A stretch of 64,000 bases of DNA from Macrostomum lignano (taxonomy: Eukaryota), in contig NIVC01002559.1 of NCBI GenBank assembly GCA_002269645.1, positions 62,001-126,000 of the forward strand. Reading direction: 5' to 3'. The position numbers were made by a program, and so were the translations under genes. The notes under the pieces were generated by a model that was not told the origin of the DNA, did no database searches, and worked only from the letters and a program-made list of their open reading frames with translations. Each line of letters begins with the position of its first letter. Position 1 is the first letter of the stretch. Positions 16,531 through 28,000 of the stretch are shown here, in pieces.

Positions 16531-17114
16531 GACTATTTTTGGGTTTTGTGAGATATTTTCGTGAAACTTGTGAAGGTCTCATAAGTGCAGACAGTTTCTG
16601 AAGATGAGAGACGGAAGTGGGCCGTGGAATAACAGCGATTAAGTAGTTTCTCACGATGTCTGATTAAGAATTAAACTGGATTTGTGGGATTTTCGCAAAA
16701 ACCTAAGAAAAAAACAGTTTCAGGTTCAAAGCTACTGAAAGTAGTCAATATTGAAAAAGATTTCTGAGGTTATGAAATGAAAAGTATCTAGTACTGAAGT
16801 ATTTTTACGAGCGTATTAAGATGTTTGGAAGACTGTTTACCTTGAGCGATCTCAATTTTGTAAAGTAACAAACTTTGAAATCAAATTGCGGCTTCAAAGT
16901 CAAGCGCAGATTTTTGTTAATTGTAGGTGTCAAAAATTTCCTGTATAATTAGTATTCAACAATTAACTCTCTTTCGTACAGAAAAAAGCTTTATCGACGA
17001 TAAAAAAAGTCTAATATTTGGGCAACGAAAAGCATGACGGTTTCAAGCAAGCAAGTACTGGACTTCCAAAATTTACAAACAGAGAGAAATGTGTTCAATC
17101 CTAAAATGCTACGG

Positions 17115-17670
17115 GAGTTTCCATGGCTCATGGGGGAGTTGCTGAATGCCATGGCTCATGGGGAAGCTGATGAGATGCCATGGCTCATGGGGGAGTTGCT
17201 GAGATGCCATGGCTCATGGGGGAGTTGCTGAGATGCCATGGCTCATGGGGGAGTTGCTGAGATGCCATGGCTCACGGGGGAGTTGCTGAGATGCCATGGC
17301 TAATGAGGGAGTTGCTGAGATGCCATGGCTCATGAGGGAGTTGCTGAGATACCATGGCTCATGGGGAGTTGCTGAGATGCCATGGCTCATGGGGGAGTTG
17401 CTGAGATGCCATGGCTCACGGGGGAGTTGCTGAGATGCCATGGCTCATGGGAGAGTTGCTAAGATGCCATGGCTCATGGGGGAGTTGCTGAGATGCCATG
17501 GCTAATGGGGGAGTTGCTGAGATGCCATGGCCCACAGGGGGAGCTGCTGAGATGCCATGGCTCAGGGGCGGTTGCTGAGATGCCATGGTTCATAGGGGAG
17601 TTGCTGAGCTGCCATGGCTCACAGGGGGAGCTGCTGAGATGCCATGGCTCAGGGGCGGTTGCTGAGATAC
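17115..17670. repeat. Minisatellite, 29-30-bp unit GGGGAGTTGCTGAGATGCCATGGCTCATG
   Basis: Tandem array. Confidence 0.93.
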
Positions 17671-19357
17671 CAAGTCTTACAGAGGCATCAGACAGTCTTG
17701 CAAAATATCGGGAAGAAATACAACAAAAGTTGACACAGACGATCGTACAAGGTACACACGATTGCAAAACTGATGGTATCAAGAGAAAGTTTCTGTTAAA
17801 CTTTCTAGTATGCAAAACGAATGCAAAACGAATGCAATAGAGCATCAATTCAATCAATTTAATAATTTGCACACGATGTGAGGAGTCTCAGGATAAGAGC
17901 GGAGAGTGTACGGGGCTTTTACGTCACTCCAGATTAGCACGATCAGATGGAGCAAACGCTTGCAAAAATCGACCGCGATGTTGACCCGGCAGCTGCACGG
18001 CGTGGATTTGGGGAGAAAACACTGGGCAAACATCCCCTCAAGGCAGCGCACTCCCAACAGTCCTGTCAGTGTCTTTTGGCGGAAGAAGGACAAGAAAGCC
18101 TCCATCATGTGTGCTCTGATCTCTGCCGAGGTCTTTAGCCTCCCCCCTGGGTTGAAGCAGAATATCACCTGTAAAGCTGAGTTGCAGGTAAACCAAAGCT
18201 TCATAGTGGGCCGTATCTTGATTACTAATGCATGGTAAAGTGACCCATTATCCTGAATCATTTGATTGTAATTCTACCAGCGGTCCCGCGAGTTGATTAA
18301 AGAGTTTTCATTGATAAGCAGCGGGGGGGACGGATTGGCCGCGGATTGAACCAATATTGGCGGGTGCTTGTGTGCCTTGTGCCACGAAGTCTGGCCTTCC
18401 CACTGACCATTTGCAAAACTTTATATTGGAAGATTAAAGGGCTTACAAAAAGCTTTTATCGTCCCGAAGTTTGGCTAACGTTGTGTAAAGTCAGTTAGTA
18501 CTAGCGTTTGATGCGCTTTGCTTGCATAAATTTTAATAGTCCAGGAAATCTCGTGGAAAAATCTGCAAAATGCTTCTTATTGTAAAGTTAATGATTTCTA
18601 CCAAGAGTGCCCGCTATCAGAAGTCACCCTGGCAACACGTGAACAACGTGAGAGAACTTGTATTGTGAAAACAATCGGAATGACAATGTGTGGAGATTAG
18701 GCAGGGATCGAGTACGCTATAGATTCCCGATGACTAAGTCTGAATGGCACCAGCTTAACCCTTTCATAACTGGTCATATGGCAATCATTCGCCACGAAAT
18801 GACTATCCACAACAATGTGAACGCAATTACTAGAAAATAATGTTTGGAAGCGGAAGCTACTCACGGTTGAGCATTCAGACAATTCAGACTGCAAGGACTG
18901 TCAAATGAAAACTACAAAATCATGAATTGTAGGTCGAGACTGAAGTTGCACCCCTATGACTTTTTGTCGTCATAAGAGACGCAACTCAGTCGACCCGCAG
19001 CGAGGAGTCAAGTCATGCTGTCCATTTCGCTGTCTTCTCAGCACCCCACAAGCACACTGCTACACACAGCATCCCTGACTTTCCCATTGTCTGGCATGTC
19101 AAAAGCCAGTAAACAACGTGCAGGCGCGAACTTCTCAAAGAGCTCCCCTGTAGTTACTCGTAAATCATTTTAATGTTTAATGCCAGCAAACAACACGTAC
19201 ACAGCCGTGACGGTCTAACCCAAACATTGAGACAATTATTACACCAAGGGATTAAGCGATTGCTAAAGCTGACTAAAAATACTCGCGTCATGTTTCTTAC
19301 ACAACACAATTAATTAGTGTCAGTGCGTTTCTCCTTCATTCAAACCTGCCATCCTGC

Positions 19358-22026
19358 CTATCCGGGACGAGGCAGCGACTTCATTTCGATCGGCTGGGTG
19401 CCTTCGGCTGGCGGCTCGGCGCCGAGAATCTCGTCGGCATGGCTGACCACAGCGATGGAGGTGGCGACGCCGCGGCTGCTCTGGTAGTTGACGCCGCCGC
19501 CCTTCATGCAGCTGCGGCGGGGGCCGCGGTTGCCCCGGCCAGCCAGGCGGCTGCTGCGCCCGAACTGGCCAGCCTCGGCGGCCAGAACTGCCGCCGCGAT
19601 GTCGCCGCTGCCGTTGCCGCCTTCGATGCCTCTGCATCGTTGTCTACGTCGACGCCGTCGGCTGCGCTGCATTCCACAGGCCTGCCCGGCTGTGCGACGG
19701 AAATTCCGGCTCAGACAGAAGAAGATGAGGAAGTGCACAGCGCTGTCCAGCGACACCAAAATGTCGTTCACGGCGTAGAACCAGTCCACGGAGCTGGTCA
19801 GGGACAGGTTCAGCATGATCAGAACGGCTCCCGGGGTCTCCAACACGTGGAACGAGATGGACAGGCACAGCACGATGGCTGTGGCCACTCGAGAGTTGCG
19901 ACGAAGGTTGGTGACGCCGCTGCTGTTGCCCCGGCTGCTGCCGATCAGGCTGCCGCCTCCGCCGTCAGCAGCCGCGCTGCTGCCTCCGACGCCGGTCGTG
20001 CTGCTGCCCCGACTCGCAACAACTGACTCGCTGTTGGCCAGCTGCTCCTTGGCCCCGCAGAATTTGTAGGCCATGATGAAGGAGCAGATGAGGATGACTG
20101 GCACGGGAATGTAGGACTGGAACACGCGGCTCGTCATGAGCAGGGCCTGCCTGTCCAGCAGCTCCATCAGGCCGGGCGTGTAGAGACCGCCGATGAGCAG
20201 CGAAATGACGAACACGACGCCAAACACCATCAGCTGCATTCGCTTGGTGAAGCAGTGCCGGAAAGCGATGGGGTTCGTGGTCGCGGCGGTCCTGAACAGG
20301 GTCATGCACATCGTCCACTGGTTGCGGTTGAGCAGGGCGACCAGAACTAGGGCAAACATCACCTGGTTGGGGTTGTGACAGGGTTACAGTTCGGTTCATT
20401 GCCCGGGCACGGATCGAGGCTTGTTAAGGTTAGCCTGCAGGAGTGGAGGAACGCCCATTCAGTTGAGAACGTGTTTTCTAAATTGACTGGTGTGACTAAA
20501 TCTGAGCTGATGAGAGCAGTGTTAGCATCTGTCTGCAGTCTTGTGTTCTTAAAAATTATTAGAGTCGATAACTGGGTTGAAACCGTAGGCCAGCCGTCCA
20601 CAACTTGCCAGCATTATACTTTGAAGTATTGTAAATCTACCCGATATTGAGCAGATGTGCAACCGACAGCTTAGCCGCAGCTATTGCGCAGCGCATCTGA
20701 AGGCTGCGTACGGCTGTTCAGTCCATGGACTAAGGGGGGGAGGTCGTCACACACACCCTCAATTACTCCAGCTAATGCAGACACCCATTTTACAGCTGGG
20801 TGAGCTGAAGCAATGCAGAGTTGAGTGTCTTTCTCCAGGACACAATTGTCTAATGCGATCGAAAGTCGAACCCCCGACCTTTCAGTTGTGAGTCCGATGC
20901 TCACGACTGAATGTCTACTGCGATGTCTACCGGAATGAAATGTCCTAGTTGCGCCTCGCCCATCTCCGTGACTCATGGAAGCTCGTTTCTCAGAAAACAG
21001 AACGCCTCCAGATTTCCAAACATTTGTAACATTTCCGTGCGTCAGGGGCCAAGGGGGCGTCGGGCGCGGGAAGAGCCGGGACCCACAGAATCCAAGGTTC
21101 AGGAAACACGTATTTTGCGAAACCCGACTCTCGAAAAGTGGAGCTCGTACAAGAAATGGGAGGTGCTTGGAGCTTCATGCGAGCTGCAGAGTTGTTGTGC
21201 AAAAAAGCCCGGGCAGCACAAACTGGAGGGAATGCAAAAATATGTTTTTTTGATAAATCAGGTGATTTTGCTTCCGCATTGTAACAAAGTATCTTTAGAA
21301 CTTTCTAGTTTGCTTAAATTTTCAAATTCGTCGCAACGGTTAGAGCAGGGATGCCAAGCAAAGATAAGGAACATTGAAATCGATAGCTAAGTGCCTTTCT
21401 TCATGTTGTCATGACAATCTGCTTCAAGTGAATTTAGCTGTTAACTTATTGGAGATCTGAAGTAGATCTCCGACTTCAAGCGCTTGCCGCAATCAAGGCA
21501 AGGTAAGCAGTCACCACTGACCCCTTTGAGCATTGTACGATCAGATACTCCCGCAGGGTGGCATGGCGGCCATGACTTTCTAATCGTCAGTCATGTACAC
21601 ACTGAGCCTTAGGGTTTGCCCCTTCTCTGTAAATCGCTACTGATTCGCCCTATATTGCTTAGTTACCTCAGCATAAGAGCTACGATTCAATTGTTGAACT
21701 ACCAGCAAGCTGCCCCTCACCTCGTAGATGGTCTTGAACGGCTCCTTGTTGTAGGTGCCCTGCAGCTGGACGGTCAGGTCCAGGCAGAACGTGGCCGAGC
21801 ACAATAGGCAGTAGGCCACCTGGCAGGCCTCCAGAATGATGAGGCCGACATCGAAGACGTCCCGCCTGGCCAGGTACTTCCTGAGCAGCACGGACAGGGA
21901 GAAGCTGCTCATGCCCAGGCCCAGCAAGGACACGAAGATCGAAGCGCTCCGGGCGTAGAAGAAGCCGGCGCTCAGATTATCAACAGCGGCGGCCTGGGTG
22001 GTGGCGGCTAGCGTCTCAGTTTCCAT
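19358..22026 (-). CDS. Class A GPCR, FMRFamide-receptor/Srw-like peptide receptor family; exons 21721-22026 and 19358-20362 (436 aa)
   Basis: Seven hydrophobic segments across both exons. Phase-0 intron GAG|gtgagg..ccaaccag|GTG. TM3 end LFRTAATTNP; TM7 NDILVSLDSAVHFLIFFCLSRNFRR. Confidence 0.82.
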
Positions 22027-22198
22027 GGCGATGCAGGGCTCAGGCGAGAAACGGGAGCGAAGCGAATGGCGGAACTCCCGGCCCTCCTATATATTCGGAA
22101 ATTTTTTAACGGGCTGGGACAGCCCCTTCTCTGTTCTTCGCTCCGGTACCTGTTAAGCTCGAGACAACACCTTGCGTTGAACTGCTGTCTGCCTGCCT

Positions 22199-22199
22199 C

Positions 22200-22238
<39 letters not shown>
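22199..22238. repeat. (CT)n microsatellite upstream of the GPCR
   Basis: Seen directly. Confidence 0.9.
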
Positions 22239-22242
<4 letters not shown>

Positions 22243-22713
22243 CGCTCTTTCTCTGCGTTGTCGCCCCAAACCTCCCGCGGAGAGTCGAGCCTTGGGAAGC
22301 TGGGAGCGCGACAGGAGAAAGGTAGGTAGCCACGGGCGCTGCTGTGCCTCCTAATTGGGCGCTCGGAGCGGCTTGTATGAGCATAGTTGCTAAGGGTAAG
22401 CCAAGAAAACAGGAGAGCAATGACTTGCGATCGGCAGCCGGCTATGGGAGATTCTCGGGCGCTGATTGGCTGGGATGGCGTATTAGGTAACTGGGCAGAG
22501 AGTATTAATGTGCTTGTTATGCTATGCACCCGTTGAACGCAGCTCAAAACCTAAGCAGGATGAGTTAACAATGTATGATATCAGTCGCGAGAGTTGGGTC
22601 TCAAAAGCTACCTGGATCTCAAAAAGCCACCATGAATGAACTCAAACTTATGTAGCCACATTAAGTCTCAAGGCTAATGATACTCAAAAAGACTTGGAGC
22701 TAAAAAAGAGAAT

Positions 22714-23616
22714 TGGAACTCACAGAGCGACATGGAACTCACAGAGCTACATGGGGGAACTCACAGAGCTACATTGGGGACCTCACAGAGCTACATGGAA
22801 CTCACAGGGCTACATGAAACTCACAGAGCTATATGGAACTCACAGAGCTACATGGAACTCATAGAGCTACATGGGGGAACTCACAGAGCTACATGGAACT
22901 CACAGAGCTACATTGGGGAACTCACAGAGCTACATGGAACTCACAGAGCTACATTGGGGAACTCACAGAGCTACATGGAACTCACAGAGCTACATGGAAC
23001 TCACAGGGCTACATGGAACTCACAGGGCTACATGAAACTCACAGAGCTATATGGAACTCACAGAGCTACATGGAACTCATAGAGCTACATGGGGGAACTC
23101 ACAGAGCTACAAGGAACTCACAAAGCTACATTGGGGAACTCACAGAGCTACATGGAACTCACAGAGCTACATGGAACTCACAGAGCTACATGGAACTCAT
23201 AGAGGTACATGAAACTCATAGAGCTACATGGAACTCACAGAGCTACATGGAACTCACAGAGCTACATGGAACTCACAGAGCTACATGGAACTCACAGAGC
23301 TACATGGAACTCACAGGGCTACATGGAACTCATAGAGCTACATGGAACTCACAGAGCTACAAGGAACTCACAAAGCTACATTGGGGAACTCACAGAGCTA
23401 CATGGAACTCACAGAGCTACATGGAACTCACAGAGCTACATGGAACTCATAGAGGTACATGAAACTCATAGAGCTACATGGAACTCACAGAGCTACATGG
23501 AACTCACAGAGCTACATGGAACTCACAGAGCTACATGGAACTCACAGAGCTACATGGAACTCACAGGGCTACATGGAACTCATAGAGCTACATGGAACTC
23601 ACAGAGCTACATGGAA
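22714..23616. repeat. Minisatellite, 19-bp unit GGAACTCACAGAGCTACAT with block duplication
   Basis: Tandem array; explains ORFs at 22732-23667. Confidence 0.95.
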
Positions 23617-24296
23617 CCCAAAAGAAACTGCATGAAGCTTAAAGCTTTCATTAAACTAGGTAATTAAAAATTGAAATTCTGAAGCTCTTAAGGTTTTATC
23701 TGAAAAAAGCAAGAATAGTCTCGGGCTGAAATAATCCGAACCCATTGATAAAAAGTTGGTTGTTTCCAGACTTTTTAAAAACGAAACACAGAGTCCCCTG
23801 ACATCACGAATGCGCGGCGTCCCATTTCCTAGAGAATTACTAGTTAATTTTTTTCTAAGTAGACCAGCTACTCTCTTGGCTGACTACACTGCTCACCAAG
23901 TAAGGAAAAGTCAACATCCTCCTTAATCCGCATATTGGGTCTGACAGGGAATCCCATTTTTATGGTGACCAAGCATTGCTCAGATTTGTAAAAGTGCAAA
24001 CTGCTCTATCAATTATTATAACTTACAATTGGTAAGAAAAATAAAAACAAAAATGCCCTGAATAACTCAAACATTTATGAAGTTAAATAGATCGAAATTC
24101 GATTAGCTGATGATTTTATTTTAGACTGAAAAAAGCCTGTACCGGGCCATTAGACAGACAGCAAGAACGAAAGCTTTGTTTGAGAAATGTATAACTATAA
24201 GAAAAAAATTTCGGATAAACATTTGGATTAAAAATTGTGACACATTGCGCAAAATTAATTTTTATGACAGATTTTGAGACAGCAGTGACTTGAACT

Positions 24297-24830
24297 CATT
24301 ACAGACACTGGTTGTGGAGGACCTGACTGTCATTACAGACACTGGTTGTGGAGGACCTGACTGTCATTACAGACACTGGTTGTGGGGGACCTGACTGTCA
24401 TTACAGACACTGGTTGTGGGGGACCTGACTGTCATTACAGACACTGGTTGTGGGGGACCTGACTGTCATTACAGACACTGGTTGTGGGGGACCTGACTGT
24501 CATTACAGACACTGGTTGTGGAGGACCTGACTGTCATTACAGACACTGGTTGTGGGGGACCTGACTGTCATTACAGACACTGGTTGTGGAGGACCTGACT
24601 GTCATTACAGACACTGGTTGTGGAGGACCTGACTGTCATTACAGACACTGGTTGTGGGGGACCTGACTGTCATTACAGACACTGGTTGTGGGGGACCTGA
24701 CTGTCATTACAGACACTGGTTGTGGAGGACCTGACTGTCATTACAGACACTGGTTGTGGGGGACCTGACTGTCATTACAGACACTGGTTGTGGGGGACCT
24801 GACTGTCATTACAGACACTTGGTTGCAAGA
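24297..24830. repeat. Minisatellite, 34-bp unit TCATTACAGACACTGGTTGTGGAGGACCTGACTG
   Basis: Highly homogeneous tandem array. Confidence 0.96.
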
Positions 24831-25078
24831 TCTGACTCTGCTGTCATTACAGCATAATGCTGTCATTACAGTATAGAATTTGTTACAATTTGTTGATCGT
24901 TAGCAATATAGATTTTCTGTTTAAAATGTTTTTAATTTTTATGGCGAATATAATTTTCATTGTTAATTTTTTTGCAAATAGACGCGCGAATGACAAAGAA
25001 AAAAGTTAATAGCTCTGGCGGGTGGAGGAAACGGTTAACGAGTTTAAGCAAACTTAGCAGTGAAATTTGACAAAGCCG

Positions 25079-28000
25079 TCACTCTGACAACCTGCTGCTG
25101 TCGGCCTTCAACATTCGCTGCAGCTTCTCCGCTGAATCAATCTTTTCTTCATCCTGAAAGTTTAGATGAAGATAAAAGATGGGATGAGTGATGAGATGAG
25201 TGGGTCAAGCGCAGGCTCTGATGTGCCAGCGGCCCGGGCTCGATTCCAAGTGCAGTCACATTGATCTGAGGCTAAATTGGAAACTCGGCTTGGCTCTGCT
25301 CGTGCAATGCAACGTGAAGTGTACATAGCAACTGGGCCAGCGCAAGGTTTGTGTCTCTTCTTAGCTCTCTTCTCTCTCCTTTCATATCTAATCTGATCTA
25401 TCCTCTCATCTTCTCTCTCGCCTCTCACCTCTTCTCTCATCGTCATAAACACAAACAGCCTGGATTAAACACTCGCACTAAGATCAACTCACCAGCTGAA
25501 GGAGGCGCTCGCACAGGGGAAACAGGTACATAACGGTGGCTTCATCGGGCACAGACTCAAGCAGCTGGGCCCGGACAGTCAGGCCAGTCTCTGGCCAGAC
25601 TCCCGAAGGCTGCATCAGTTCGCGCAGCCTCAGACCGGTATCGTGCTGCTCCTCCAGCAGGTGCAACACGCAGGCGCTCTGGCAGGCAGCCAGCGCAGGT
25701 CGCAGAGCCTGCGGAGCTCCGAATTGGTGCACCAGGCCGTCCAGCACGTCAGCATTGATGGCGGTTCTGTAGGGCCTCCTGGCGAGCTCGTGCCTGACCT
25801 GCTGGAACTGCAGACACAGGGCCTGCTGAGTCAGGCTGAGCAGCTTGGCAACGGTGAGACCGCCCGCGTCCGGCTCCGGCAGAGCCTCGGGCAGTTGCCA
25901 TGACAACGACGCAGAGGAGCTCATCAACGGGCTGCCACTCTGACAGTCGTTGGAGAACTCACGAATGGATCGTTGAAGGACACCTTCTGGCCAATGTTGA
26001 TCGCTCAGGTAGCGCAGGATGCTGATTGAGCAGTCTGTCAGCTTCCTGCATTGATGGCGGTTGGTTGGGGAAGCTGGCTTGAAGCTTCATCATTTAAGAG
26101 GATTAAAATTTTTGGTCTGTCTGAGACAGTTATAGGTCACTAACCGTCACTTAGAGTGGTTGTGGGGGTTCGAGGTTAGGTCTCTGGTTATTTAAGTGGG
26201 TCAAAGTAGGTCTTTTAGGAGCTTATATGCCTTCTAGGGCCCGTAATTGGGTTTCTAAAGGGCCATTTTTAGGTTTCTTAGCATTGGTCTAAGACTCTAA
26301 AATCCTGTTTTAAGAGGCAGGGGTTTTGTGCACCCTGGCGCACTTTAAGCGACATTGTCACACAACCGGCGAGAGGCAGTACTGCCCATTCCGCCGGCTC
26401 CCCTGAGCAGGCACACAAGCGCGCGGATACGTTAGGCATGTACACTTCACTGTGCCTTGTGGGTTGCAGAGCCAAGCCGAGATTCCAGTTTAGCCTCAAA
26501 TGAATGCGACTGCACTTGGAATCGAGCCTGGGCCGCTGGCACAGGTGACTACGGCAGGATCAGTACGGCATCAGGGATGTGAATTGTCAGATTCAAAAAC
26601 TCAGGATTCGCACCTGGCATAGGTGTGATCCTGCTCGTGCAGCTCTTTCAGCCTGGCCACTTCAGCTGTGCTCAGCACTTCGATGCCCTCGCCAGCCCGA
26701 TGTCTGAATCGGGTCATGAGCTCCACCGGCTGACGCTGCTGGTGGTCGCTGAACCGCGGCCTCCAGCTGGCTGGCGGGAGGGCCCAGCTGCGACCGACTG
26801 TGAGCAGGTGACCCAGGGCCGCGTCCAGCAGAGCCCAGTCCAGGTGTTCGCTGGCCTCGGACAGCCGCGGATCGCTCGGACCGGAGAACTGAGCAGCCAG
26901 CCGGTCCAGCTCGGCCTGCTCGAGGCTGACCAAGCCGCATCTGGCAGCGGTGACCGACCGGGCAGGCAGGGTGACTGAGCACTGGCCGGTGAGCAGGTGG
27001 CCGAGTCCGCCGCCCTGCAGAGCTACAGCAGAGGCAGCCAGTAGGAAGCTGTTCGCCAGTGGGCAGAGTTGAGTAGCCAAGTCAGCTAGTTTTGAGCCCT
27101 CGGTGAGCACAGTCTCACGCAGGTGGCTGTCAGCTGATGCGCAGTCAGGCATTCCGAGTTGGCGCAGACCAGTTTGAGCAGCTGGCCACAGCGCAGCCGC
27201 TGCTTGATCTTGCTTAATCACCTCGGCAACGGTGAGCCGCTCCCAGCCGGCTCTGCTCACCTGGCCGTCAAGCACTGACACGCACCTCCTGTGCCAATCC
27301 AGCACTTTGCTGAGGTGCGCCATTTTAATCAGCGCGTCTTGATGCGCCAGCACCGCTAGTGTGAGATCCAGCCTGCCAGCTGCTGAGGAACTGGTTGCCG
27401 GGCTCAGCTGGCGGCCCAGCCACAGGGTGCGGACGTGACAGGCGGTCGACCAGTCCACTTCAACAGCAGGCCGCAGCAGTTTCTCCGGCACCGACGGCTG
27501 CTCAGGCGGCAGGGCTGCGTCGAGTTGAGCGGCCAGAACGCGAGGATCGCCGGCCTGAGCAGTCGTCAAGCCTCGCTCAGCCAGCCGGCCGGCTTTGAAC
27601 TTGGCGACGCGCGCTCGCCGACAGAGCAGCAGCAGAGCGGCCGAGTGGAGCAGCGAGCCGGCGAACTGGGGGCACGGCTGCGAGGCGAACTGGTGCGCCA
27701 AGTCGCCAACCAGCTGCTGGCAGATCCAAGCCGGATCGTCCCAGTCCATGGCCAGCGCTGCGCGCATCTCCGAGAAGGCCTTGCCGATGAACTCGGAGAC
27801 TCGGCCGGGGTGTCCGAGCTCGGCGCACAGGTCGACGGCGGCCGAGACGCTTCCGGAGCTCAGGCAGAGCAGCACGGATGAGGCGCTCGCGGCCCAGCGG
27901 AGTAGCGAAGTCGGCAGTCGCGGGCAGTCGGTCGCCAAATCCGACGGCATCGTGACGGCTTCAAGCGGACCGGAAGAGCCGCAGAGCGGGCAGCGGCTGC

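Noticed and set aside
17670-18240. Possible LINE C-terminal zinc-knuckle remnant (CQC..QESLHHVC) or stray exon
   Set aside because: The similarity is a few residues only, with no RT or endonuclease sequence nearby.
18933-18996. Imperfect 64-nt hairpin GGTCGA..GTTGC / GCAAC..TCGACC
   Set aside because: Several bulges, single occurrence, no supporting context.
19439-20069. Plus-strand ORFs of 84-195 aa
   Set aside because: Antisense shadows of the GC-rich GPCR exon.
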